Source: a virus (lineage: Duplodnaviria > Heunggongvirae > Uroviricota > Caudoviricetes). From it: a DNA stretch of 64,000 bases. Below the pieces are notes generated by a model. It saw nothing but the letters and a program-made list of their open reading frames with translations, was not told the origin of the DNA and made no database searches. The position numbers and the translations under genes were made by a program. Shown piece by piece: positions 9,953 through 19,673 of this stretch; the stretch's first letter is position 1, and every line of letters starts with the position of its first letter. Location of the stretch: the IMG/VR virus record IMGVR_UViG_2834277561_000001, positions 58,688 through 122,687 of that record; one strand, 5' to 3'.

Positions 9953-10484
9953 AGATGATAGTGGCGATACCACCGAAACAGCACCGCCACCACAAGAAAG
10001 GAGTTCTATGAATTTTAGAAGCATGTAAAAAACTGAGATGTCGTAATTTCAACCAATTTGTATTTGACTACACATGTAATCACCATTTTAAATTAATAAT
10101 ATCCCGTAAGACGAGATCTTCTTTATCAGGAGAATCACTCCAAATTTATCTTTTAAGAAAGTCTTATCACGAATCGTATAACGAAATAATGAGAGAGTAA
10201 TGTAACAAATTGATGAAAGAACAAAATTTCAAGATTGCATTTATCGAAGTGCTTGTCATATTTTCATATACCCATAGCAAGGGGAACCGTTTTGCTTTTT
10301 CCTAAAAAAGTAAACTGTTAATAATATATGTAAACAAATATTAAGCATTAGTCTGCGTAATATACACTTACGATTTTATGATATTTCTAGCATATCTGCT
10401 CCGCGGCATCATAGTTCATCCGTGGCTGAACCGATTGACAATCATTCAATCTCAGTCTTTTACATGCTCCCGAAGGAGCATTTA

Positions 10485-11099
10485 TTATTTAGTGGAAGTA
10501 ATAATTTCTTCCAGCGTGTCGTTTACATCCCATTTTGGCGTAAACTCAACATCTGTTGTAAGCTCAATAAGGTCTAATTTAGAAGAAATATTATCGCATT
10601 CTTTCTGAAGTTTCTTCGCAAGACCGCGCACATCATTACGATCAAAATCGATAGTAGTGGTTTCGATTACTTCATATCTATAAGATGTCTGTTTACCATC
10701 TACATCAAATTTATAATCTGTGCCATATGTTTTTCTTTCAGAAGAATCCATTGCAGCAAGGCGTCGGAGATATCCAATATATTCCTGCTTGATTTTATTC
10801 AGCGAAATAGAAGAGTCGATGTCAATCTCCGTATTTCTTTTGGAGGCAACAATCGCATCTGAAATTTTCTGTTTCTCTTTAATTGCATCTGCAATGAAGT
10901 TGATCACATTCATAGCATTAAAATCAGTAATTGGTTTATCTACTTTAACCGTCTCATCATCTGCGTCGGAATTTGCTTTCTTACGGTTATGTTCCTGAAT
11001 TGTACTGGTGACAAAACTATTGTTTAATAGAAGTGCCTCTGCCTGTCCAATCATAGTGGATAAACATTTCTGATAACGGTAAGCTTCTTTTAAAATCAT
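10485..11099 (-). CDS. Helical hypothetical protein, possibly remote DIP1984-like
   Basis: MILKEA start and C-terminal DFDRNDVRGLAKKLQKE..ISSKLD; family call from memory only. Confidence 0.6.
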   Translation of the reverse strand: MILKEAYRYQKCLSTMIGQAEALLLNNSFVTSTIQEHNRKKANSDADDETVKVDKPITDFNAMNVINFIADAIKEKQKISDAIVASKRNTEIDIDSSISLNKIKQEYIGYLRRLAAMDSSERKTYGTDYKFDVDGKQTSYRYEVIETTTIDFDRNDVRGLAKKLQKECDNISSKLDLIELTTDVEFTPKWDVNDTLEEIITSTK

Positions 11100-11119
11100 A
11101 AACTCATTTCTCCTTTTGA

Positions 11120-11419
11120 CTAATTCTCATAGTATCCGTTTAATTTTCTATTGTAATAGCGCGTGATTTTTGGTTTTGCCCAAATTTTTTCATCACACTC
11201 AATATCCTGATATGTATGAATTTTCCGTTCTGGAATATATTTACATTCCAAACTGAGTCCATCTAAAATTTTAACCACTGTATTTTCAGCGGGAGTTGTA
11301 GAAGATAAGTAGTCGAAAATAATATCCTCTGCCGACTTAAATACTTTTCGGACTGTCGCTACATTTATATCTTCCCTTTTTGCAATTTCCCTAATAATAT
11401 TCTCTTGATTAACCGTCAA
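11120..11419 (-). CDS. Second HU-like DNA-binding protein
   Basis: NQENIIREIAKREDI...VRKVF...VKILDGLSL..ERK; HU-like size and pattern. Confidence 0.6.
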   Translation of the reverse strand: MTVNQENIIREIAKREDINVATVRKVFKSAEDIIFDYLSSTTPAENTVVKILDGLSLECKYIPERKIHTYQDIECDEKIWAKPKITRYYNRKLNGYYEN

Positions 11420-11615
11420 ATAATATTATTCCTCCCATCTGTATCTGATCAGTTTTTGTATGGATAGCATATCATTCATTTCGGATAACGCGATAAACTT
11501 CGCAAATTATATGCTTCTCCATATTGCTACAAATGGGAAAATTTTTTCGCCCATGTTTTATGGGTGTTTTAATTTTTCCACATTTTTTTTCGCCCATGAT
11601 TTATGGACTAATTTG

Positions 11616-12602
11616 CTACATCGACATTCTTAATTTTCTACGATATTCACGGTCTAATCGGCGTTTTTCCTTCAATTGACACTCCGGGCATCGACATGTT
11701 TTGGTGTCTTTGATATCTACTTCAACCCATTCACCACAATCAATACACTGAATGAATTTCGTTTTCTTTAGTGGGAGATTGCATTCCAGATTGTGAACTA
11801 CATAATGTCCATAACAGAACCAGAATAATTGTTTTGAACGTTTATTCTTTTCATATAGATACTGGATTAACATATTCGTAATTGTTTCATCCGAATATCC
11901 CAACTGAGAAAATTCATCTCGAATCTGACAAGCCACGTATCTCAAATTATCAATATATTCGTCCTTCATATTGATTTTATATCTGTATTCTTTATTAAGC
12001 TTGTCATATAATTCCGCTACTTCCTTTGAACAAATCACGTTTACATTACTCATCATTTTATGGTAATCAAGTTTTCCTAATTTGAGTCCACGGGTATTGA
12101 TTGCTTTATTTGGAATATGATCGTACAATTTATTAACGAAACTCATATTTCTTTTGGAAACCTGAGACTTGCGTTCATCATCAGAAGCTTTTTTATCTTT
12201 TGCATATTCAAAGAATGCCGGAAGTTTATCATTTGTAAATTCTTTAATTTGTGCCGCAATATCACTCGGGAACTCGGGTTTATACAACGTTTTGGCATAA
12301 TCAATAACGAAGTTATTTTGACAACACAATCTCTTTACACAAGTAATTGCATGTTCCTTTTCTTCATCCGTTCCATTAATAAAAACTTCACTATTCCAAA
12401 TTTTTGAAATATTATTACTGTAAATTCCAATATTTCCACCTGTAAATGCTGCATTCAGACCTGCGTAAATATTTTTATTATTCAATTTCGTAGGTTCCGC
12501 TTTTCGCATATTGTAATATAACGGAACAATCCCATTCATATTACGTTCTGCAATCCGGACAAAATCTCGATCCGCGACAACAAGCGATTTATCTCCATCA
12601 AC
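11616..12602 (-). CDS. YonO-type single-subunit RNA polymerase, exon 2
   Basis: Begins VDGDKSLVV, completing the DxDGD motif; C-terminal CIDC..CPEC zinc ribbon. Confidence 0.85.
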   Translation of the reverse strand, partial: VDGDKSLVVADRDFVRIAERNMNGIVPLYYNMRKAEPTKLNNKNIYAGLNAAFTGGNIGIYSNNISKIWNSEVFINGTDEEKEHAITCVKRLCCQNNFVIDYAKTLYKPEFPSDIAAQIKEFTNDKLPAFFEYAKDKKASDDERKSQVSKRNMSFVNKLYDHIPNKAINTRGLKLGKLDYHKMMSNVNVICSKEVAELYDKLNKEYRYKINMKDEYIDNLRYVACQIRDEFSQLGYSDETITNMLIQYLYEKNKRSKQLFWFCYGHYVVHNLECNLPLKKTKFIQCIDCGEWVEVDIKDTKTCRCPECQLKEKRRLDREYRRKLRMSM

Positions 12603-13593
12603 CAACCTCTAAATAAGAAGTTAGACTATATCATAGCCATATTATTTCTAACTTAGGCTCTCGGCACTTCCTTAATTGGATTTTCACCAATAAAGTACTC
12701 TACTCAGTTACTCCCATTCTTCCTGAACGGAAGAGTGGTATCTTTTCGATAGTCGTTTGATTTTTATGTAATAAGAATTATCTTTTTATAAAGCTATAAT
12801 GTTTCTTATATAAAGTTTTATTCCTAATTGATTTATTAATTTGTGATCTCACGGCTTCTGCGTCATGAGTTTTCGCAACTCCAATATCTATTAAATACTG
12901 ACAACATGGAACTATATAATCAAAAGATTTTTTAAATATTCCATCAAAATATAAGTCGATAGGTGTAGATCGTCCATTATTTATACCTGGTCTACTTTGT
13001 TTTTCTTTTGCTAATTCTTTGTCTTTACTATATTTTTCAGATAAAGTTTTATTTTTATAATTAGGATTTTTATGTCCTGTATAATCTGGACGATGACATT
13101 TACTATATTCAATGTTTTCTTGTCTTGTTACCCATTCCAGATTATCAGAATTAGGATTGGCTCTATTGTAATCAATATGATTTATTTCAGAATAATTATT
13201 AGGATTTGGAACGAAGGCAATTGCAACTAAAATATGTACAAAAACGCTTCTCCACCCTTTATCTGGAATTTTTATGGTACACATTGTGTATCCATCGGCA
13301 TTATAATAATGATTTCGTTCAACGCCGTCCCATATTACTCTTCCTAAATTCGATACTGTTATTTTAGTGCCTTTATATTCAATTTCTTTAAATAATTCTT
13401 TCAAAATTATCACTCCTTAAAATCAAGTGACAATTCTTATTACATACTTAACACAGGATTCTTTCGTTCCCTGTTAGCATATTCCCTAACCGCCATTTCC
13501 TGCGATTCCTAATTCGTGAAATATACACCCTACATTTGTAGGTTCACCGAGTTTTATTTTCTTACGTTTCCGTAAGATTCGACATTAATGGTC
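12603..13593 (-). mobile_element. Group I self-splicing intron (991 nt) carrying a homing endonuclease
   Basis: P1: exon UUCGAU pairs with intron GUCGAA with a U-G pair at the splice site; P4 CAGG/CCUG (AACAGGGAA...AAUCCUGUG); R-like AAACGACUAUC; S-like GAUAUAGUC; terminal omega-G at 12603; splicing restores QFD-VDGD in frame. Confidence 0.92.
12778..13413 (-). CDS. Intron-encoded HNH homing endonuclease
   Basis: VHILVAIAFVPNP...INHIDYNRANPNSDNLEWVTRQEN is an HNH_3-type motif. Confidence 0.9.
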   Translation of the reverse strand: MIILKELFKEIEYKGTKITVSNLGRVIWDGVERNHYYNADGYTMCTIKIPDKGWRSVFVHILVAIAFVPNPNNYSEINHIDYNRANPNSDNLEWVTRQENIEYSKCHRPDYTGHKNPNYKNKTLSEKYSKDKELAKEKQSRPGINNGRSTPIDLYFDGIFKKSFDYIVPCCQYLIDIGVAKTHDAEAVRSQINKSIRNKTLYKKHYSFIKR

Positions 13594-15429
13594 ATCGAAT
13601 TGGAGAATTTTGCTAATCAAATCATGAGTACTGGTATAAATACCGTCAGTTGTGAACCATTCTCTGATTTTTTCAGCACGCTCACCGTATGCTTTATTTG
13701 CCACATTAAAACGAATCGCATGTTCTTTATATAGATGAGGACTACGTAAACAATCTAATTTGTCGTAATACTTAAACAACCAACAGAAGACTTCTTTATC
13801 TGCAAGTAATCCAATAGGATTTTCAATATGACCAAACCAATATTCACATGCCGCATAAAAATCTGGAAGTAAAAAAGTATACTTCCCATTAATTTCCAAG
13901 CGACCACTACGATATTGTTTAAGTAAACTATCTTTGATCTCACGAAGTACATCTTTTGCATAAGTATCATTTAACAACGGTGGATATAATTTAACACACT
14001 TCTGAAAGGCGGTCATGTTATTGTTATACGGAGTGATTCCGAGAATTTCCATCATGGTATCCTGAGAAGTACAGATGTTGGTGATCTTATCTATAGACTT
14101 GGATGCGAGAAGTTTTATTTCATCATCTGTTACATTTGTAAGCGTCTGTAACATTTGATAATTTATTTTGGCATTCTTTATACGGGATTCTTCTGTATTA
14201 CATCTGCCTGCTTGACAATGATATTTCTTGAAATATTCTTTATATTCGTCCCAGGAATCATAGAACTTATACATCTTAAACTGACTTTTTGTAAAAATAA
14301 TCTGAATATCTTCGTCGATAATATTATGTTCTTTCCCATAAATATCTACGATGATAGGAGAGTAGTTGTTTATCTCAACAAATTTCCGGAAATCAAATAC
14401 TCCGAGAAGACCTTTTACCCACGGTGCACGGAACATTGTGTTTTTGTCCATCACACTTGGCAACATCATTCCAACCCCATCTGTATGAGGAATGGGAACT
14501 TGCCCCGTTTTTCTTTCTATTGAATAATCTGTTTCATCGATAAAATCAAAAACTCCGGATACATTTGTCTCAAAATCATCAATTACAATACATCGATCAA
14601 TATCAAAATCAACCCATTCATCAGTTGCCGAATTCGCTAATGCCATATATGCAAGATGTTTGTTGACATTATTCCCGCCTTTAGAATTAATCTTATCAAT
14701 TGTAAGCCCACACATAACAGTTTTTTCAACTGCATTCCATATAGATTCTTTTATAAAAACCGCTTTCTTTTTTCTGATCTGCCCAGCGGACGAAGTGAAA
14801 TATCTATACTTTTCACCTTTATAAGTAAATCCAAAAAACGAAAGATCTTTAAATACGTCAAAGTAATACACTTGCACAACCATCAGCGCATCCGTTAATT
14901 CATCCTTTTTGATACCTATCGTTCTAGTAAGAGATGATTCGAATACAGAAATAATATTCGTATCTTTAAGCTCGGTATCTCTCAGATTTCGCAATTCAAT
15001 TTTTTTAGGATAATCCTTCCCGATGGAAGAGTAATATTCAATTTTATTTTCAATATTTTCTTTATGAATTATTTTGTTATGCATAACTGCTAACAATTGA
15101 TTTTTTGATTCTTTTGCTTTTTCTCTTTTATGGGAAATTAATCGATATGTAAAATTGAACCGAAATGCTAATTCATTGAATTTTTCAATATCAGAGATGT
15201 TAAGGTTTTCATCTTGATTAAATTCATAGTTACTATCTTTTTTTAGTAACTTGATAATCCTGTCAGTCCCACCAAGTTTAATAATCTCATTTTTTATATC
15301 CTCTAATCGATTATTCAAATAGTTTCTTTCCTGGCGGTATTTACAGTTCATATCATGTAGATACTTTTCATGATTGCTATAAAAATGTCCAGTATCTACA
15401 CTGTACATATTAATTTGTGTATCTAGCAT
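13594..15429 (-). CDS. YonO-type single-subunit RNA polymerase, exon 1 (spliced product 940 aa)
   Basis: SSAGQIR, TDGVGM, FRAPWVKG, IFTKSQFK and RSPHL motifs of the RdRP-like/YonO family; ends ISKILQFD. Confidence 0.85.
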
Positions 15430-15675
15430 TTATACATCCTCCATTATGCTAGCGGTTTCACCAAACCAATTTAATAGTCTTCCAATACTCCAAGTCGCCG
15501 CACATTCCATATGTATCATTCCATTTTGGTAATTCTTGTAATAATAATCACCACGATAAATCTTGCCACCACATACTTGACAATAATGTCCAGACTCCAA
15601 ATTTTTCATGTTTATATCCGGATCAAAATTGGGGCAAGTTGACACACATGGATCATGTCTACAAATTTCACACAT
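15430..15675 (-). CDS. Small Cys/His-rich putative zinc-binding protein
   Basis: CEIC..C..CP and CQVC..HMEC motifs. Confidence 0.6.
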   Translation of the reverse strand: MCEICRHDPCVSTCPNFDPDINMKNLESGHYCQVCGGKIYRGDYYYKNYQNGMIHMECAATWSIGRLLNWFGETASIMEDV

Positions 15676-15696
15676 TTATATTCCTCCAAAATTACT

Positions 15697-16134
15697 TTAT
15701 ATATACTTATTCTCCAAAAACTCAGTCGCAAATCCATCATTTGTCGTGTAGTGGATCTCACGGATTCCTAAATCTTTGATAGCAGCCATACAGGAAGGAC
15801 ATGGGCGAGAAATCCCATATGGTTTGTCATCATTTCTTAATCTATAGATATACAGTTTTACTTTCGCGAAGTTGATATTCATATATCGAATGCTATTTAT
15901 ACAATTGATTTCCGCGTGGAGTTTCGGAAGGAGATCATCTGCACTGTCAAAATTATCGTCATCAGCACGGTATGAATTGTAATACTTCTGGATGGGATGA
16001 GTTTTGTTTGTATTACATCCTATACCGATAATAGATCCTTGATATACCGCGATACACCCGATATGGATTTTGGGATAATCCGATGCATGAGCCACATGCT
16101 TTGCTTTGCAAAAATATCTGATATCTGTTTTCAT
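15697..16134 (-). CDS. Cytidine/dCMP deaminase-fold protein
   Basis: LHAEINCI and SRPCPSCM zinc motifs. Confidence 0.85.
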   Translation of the reverse strand: MKTDIRYFCKAKHVAHASDYPKIHIGCIAVYQGSIIGIGCNTNKTHPIQKYYNSYRADDDNFDSADDLLPKLHAEINCINSIRYMNINFAKVKLYIYRLRNDDKPYGISRPCPSCMAAIKDLGIREIHYTTNDGFATEFLENKYI

Positions 16135-16249
16135 TATTAAATTTTCCCTTAAAATAATATGTGTTTTTGGAGTCGATTTTCGATTTAATAGTCGCAGCCC
16201 AACAACTATGCATTAAGCTGCGTAGAATTGAAAATAGATGTTTAATTCA

Positions 16250-16606
16250 TTATAATTTCTCGACAAGTTGAGACTTATAATCTTTTTGATGCTCACTGTT
16301 CGCAGCACGATATTTAGCCATTCTGTTTTTGAATTCTTCAATCTGTTCTGGTGTCCGCTTGCGTCCGGATTCTGTGCCAGGTTTTATCCCAGGATTCATC
16401 TTTAACCATTTCAGTGGGAACTTTGCGCAAATTGATCCATCTTTGTTTTCGTAAAAATATTTAAACTCATCACCACGTTCCTCGTATAGTTTCAGGAGAC
16501 GGTTCTTGTGTTTTGGATTTGTGTAAGTACAAACCGCATAATGTTCGCCCGTAAGAAACTCAACACAATTCTCATTATTCTTATTAAAATTTCTCTCTAC
16601 CGCCAT
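16250..16606 (-). CDS. Hypothetical phage protein
   Basis: 118-aa ORF with GGAGG SD, abutting the upstream ORF. Confidence 0.65.
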   Translation of the reverse strand: MAVERNFNKNNENCVEFLTGEHYAVCTYTNPKHKNRLLKLYEERGDEFKYFYENKDGSICAKFPLKWLKMNPGIKPGTESGRKRTPEQIEEFKNRMAKYRAANSEHQKDYKSQLVEKL

Positions 16607-16607
16607 A

Positions 16608-16856
16608 TCACATGCCTCCTAAATTATTAGCAATGTTTGCTCCACATTGCATATCAAATCGCCATGATGACATAATCCTTGCCGCATATTTTGACTCACT
16701 GTCTGGTTTTCCGGAAAACTCTGTGTCAAAATCAGAAGAGTAAATCATACCGCCAAACGTGCGATGTAACTCTTCACGGGATAGAAGAGTAGGATTGGTT
16801 AAATTGTGATATGGGGCTTTATATGTGTTATGTCTCTTTGCTGTATTTGCTGTCAT
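16608..16856 (-). CDS. Hypothetical protein
   Basis: ORF with AAAGGAG SD. Confidence 0.6.
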   Translation of the reverse strand: MTANTAKRHNTYKAPYHNLTNPTLLSREELHRTFGGMIYSSDFDTEFSGKPDSESKYAARIMSSWRFDMQCGANIANNLGGM

Positions 16857-17069
16857 ATGTAATTGCTGTCTCCTTTAAATTTACAAATTTATTTTTCATG
16901 ATGATTATTCTCCATTCTTTGAACGTTGAACAAAAGGTTGCTATTTGAATTTCATACAATCATATATTGATTCACCATCCTCTAAAATATAATTCTCCGT
17001 TTTAGATTCTTCTCAACTCAAAGTCATATAGAAGAAGTACAGTGCTTCCGCTAAAATTAACTTCTCCAT

Positions 17070-18285
17070 GTCAACTACCCACAAGCTAAAGCTTGATGGG
17101 CTTGTAGCTCGATTAGACTTCGCAATTACATTTAAGAGTGTAATTGCTTATTCCAAAGCATAAACTACCTATCAGGACTAGAGCCAACCCCTAAAATTCT
17201 TTTTCCCTCTGTTAATATATTTTTTGCAGCGTTTATATCTCTATCGTGATGAGTATGACATTCAGGACAAGTCCATTTTCTTATATATAATGGTTTCTTT
17301 CCAGTAATACAACCACAACAAGAACATATTTGAGAACTCGGAAACCATCTATCAATTTTTACAACAGTTCTTCCTTTATTCTCCGCCTTATATTCCAACA
17401 TATTAATAAACATAGACCAACCAACATCTGCAACAGATAAAGCTAAATGATGATTTTTCATCATACCTTTTACATTCAAATCTTCCAAAGATATAACTTG
17501 GTTCTCGTTAGTAATCTTATAAGAGATTTTATGTAAATAATCTTTTCGTTGATTTACAACACGTTGATTCAACCTAGCAACTTTCATTTTCTGTCTGTTA
17601 TAATTATTACTTCCTTTTGTCATTTTACTTAACTTTCGCTGTTCTTTTTTTAGCTTAGGCAAATTTTTTCGCAATGATTGTAATACAGGAAATTTAATTC
17701 CATCAGAACAAATCGCTAAATCAGTTAATCCTAAATCTATTCCTATTTCTTTGTTTACTTTGGGCAAAGTTTCATCTGTTTCAGCTTCTTTCCAAAGTAT
17801 AGAAATATAAAACTCGTTAGTAGGTGTCATGGAAATAGTACAAGATTTTACAATTCCAATTTTATGCCTATGATTGACAATTTTTATCTTTCCTAGTTTA
17901 GGTAGTTTTATTGTTTCATCATCAATAGGAAATCCATTAGCAATCATGGTTTTATAACTATTTTTAGAACATTTCTTACTCTTGTATTTAGGAAATCCTT
18001 TATTTGGTTGTTTAAAAAATCCAGAAAATGCAGATTGTAAATCAATTTGAGTAAAACATAGAGCTTGTCCATCTACTTCTTTCAACCATTCATATTCCTT
18101 TTTATAAAAAGCAGGTGTGTTTATCTTGCTTTTCTTGTTTTCTTCGTAATATTTGATATTGTCGGAGAGTGCTTGATTCCAATACCATCTGCAACAACCA
18201 AAAGTTTTAAGTATTAACATTTTTTGTTCATCTGTCGGAAAGCATCTAACTTTATATGCTTTTATATTGTTCACCTCCTTCAATA
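17070..18285 (-). mobile_element. Second IS200/IS605-family solo-TnpB element
   Basis: Right-end hairpin CCCATCAAGC-TTTA-GCTTGTGGG followed by TAGTTGAC ending at 17070; same architecture as the 8250 end. Confidence 0.75.
17165..18283 (-). CDS. tnpB: TnpB RNA-guided endonuclease (possible ATA start at 18265)
   Basis: [29 protein letters not shown] and DRDINAA motifs. Confidence 0.95.
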   Translation of the reverse strand: MKEVNNIKAYKVRCFPTDEQKMLILKTFGCCRWYWNQALSDNIKYYEENKKSKINTPAFYKKEYEWLKEVDGQALCFTQIDLQSAFSGFFKQPNKGFPKYKSKKCSKNSYKTMIANGFPIDDETIKLPKLGKIKIVNHRHKIGIVKSCTISMTPTNEFYISILWKEAETDETLPKVNKEIGIDLGLTDLAICSDGIKFPVLQSLRKNLPKLKKEQRKLSKMTKGSNNYNRQKMKVARLNQRVVNQRKDYLHKISYKITNENQVISLEDLNVKGMMKNHHLALSVADVGWSMFINMLEYKAENKGRTVVKIDRWFPSSQICSCCGCITGKKPLYIRKWTCPECHTHHDRDINAAKNILTEGKRILGVGSSPDR

Positions 18286-18463
18286 TAATATTCTCTCTTT
18301 GTTTTTTTTATTATTTTATTACAATTCCTCCCATCAGCTAAAACTAATGGGATTCTTTGCTATCATCTCCTTTGAAATAGAAGTATCTTCCCAAATCCAA
18401 CTCAGTGAGTCATCGTTTCTTTCTTTTATACAATCAACAAGGAAATTGATGATCTCATATAAT

Positions 18464-19285
18464 CTATTCTCCGTCATATACATTCTCCTCCGTGATATTT
18501 TTAATATTGTAAATTTCCATCATCTTATGAATTGCCCACTCAATTTCCTGCTCATAGCCTTCTTTATTAAGAACATAGATATTTGGAACTGTTTTTGGCG
18601 GCTCATCCGGATTAACCTGTACAAAACCTAATTCTCTTTTTACAAGAAGAGGTTTACTATTTCCTACGGGTTGAGTGAGCCAATCCATACATTTCAAAAT
18701 TGTGTTCTTCGCAACTGACAATTCCTTCGCCATTCCATCAATACTCCGCCAAAATGCTTCAGGCTGGTTTTCAGGATGATTCATTTTTTCTGAGTTATCT
18801 GGATTTCGCGGGCGATTGCCAATATAGGAGAGGATATATAGAAGAGCCATTAAGAGATTTTCATTATTAATAGAAGAGTCATTCATCATGATGGTATTAA
18901 GCTGCGATGATGTTATTTTGCAGAAATGATCTGGGTAATCGAAATTTTCCGGTATGATAGTAATTTTGATTCCAGTATCATATCCGACAGTATCAAGATC
19001 CTGTTTGACTTTGATCATTTTGTTGTTGATCATGCATTCCAGTACATCCAGGATTTCTTTAAATGCTTTGGGTTTATGTTTCGTAGTTTTATATCCATAG
19101 AATTCCAGTACCTCGCGAATGGTAATCCAACTATAATTCTCATACGACCTATATCTGTCTATTAATATATAAGTAATGTAAAACTTGCGGCTGATCCCAA
19201 ACTTGCTGCAAATGTCACCCTGGATATACCGATTTGGAAATCTAGTAAAATATTCCGTTTCCATTTTTATCTCCTTTCTGTTCAC
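18464..19285 (-). CDS. HTH-containing protein, possible replication initiator
   Basis: C-terminal WRSIDGMAKELSVAKNTILKCMDWL helix-turn-helix; hairpin repeats immediately upstream; function inferred. Confidence 0.55.
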   Translation of the reverse strand: MNRKEIKMETEYFTRFPNRYIQGDICSKFGISRKFYITYILIDRYRSYENYSWITIREVLEFYGYKTTKHKPKAFKEILDVLECMINNKMIKVKQDLDTVGYDTGIKITIIPENFDYPDHFCKITSSQLNTIMMNDSSINNENLLMALLYILSYIGNRPRNPDNSEKMNHPENQPEAFWRSIDGMAKELSVAKNTILKCMDWLTQPVGNSKPLLVKRELGFVQVNPDEPPKTVPNIYVLNKEGYEQEIEWAIHKMMEIYNIKNITEENVYDGE

Positions 19286-19289
19286 GGCG

Positions 19290-19365
19290 GTTCATTAGAC
19301 CTACACAAAAGTGCTGTCCAATTTTGGCACGAGGGTTCATTGGACATACACAAAAGTGTCGTCCA
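19290..19365. repeat. Two 31-bp imperfect direct repeats, each internally palindromic
   Basis: 19290-19320 GTTCATTAGACCTACACAAAAGTGCTGTCCA and 19335-19365 GTTCATTGGACATACACAAAAGTGTCGTCCA. Confidence 0.85.
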
Positions 19366-19463
19366 GTGAACACTAATAAGATAGAATATATTAATATACT
19401 ACGTATATTAATATTTGCGCATCCTTTTCCACAGGATTGAGAAGATGAAAAAGATAGAATCCT

Positions 19464-19673
19464 TTAATTCAAAATTTCAATTTCATCTTCGTACATGCCA
19501 CTACATATACATTCTCTCTTTACATTACATTTCTGCATGTACTCATTTAATACTTCTCGTTCTTCATCGCTGGCAATACAATGAGCAAGTGTTTCCATGA
19601 AGAACATGTTCTCCTCATGTGTGAGGTTTAATAAATTTAAAATCTGATTTATTTTCTTTTCTGTTTTATCCAT
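19464..19673 (-). CDS. Hypothetical protein
   Basis: ORF with AAAGGA SD. Confidence 0.55.
   Translation of the reverse strand: MDKTEKKINQILNLLNLTHEENMFFMETLAHCIASDEEREVLNEYMQKCNVKRECICSGMYEDEIEILN

Noticed and set aside
11616-15429. RNA polymerase halves as two genes or a pseudogene
   Set aside because: Group I signatures and exact in-frame restoration of DVDGD explain the split
8316-18283. The two - strand TnpBs as CRISPR effectors
   Set aside because: No adjacent repeats; both keep typical IS200/IS605 right-end hairpins
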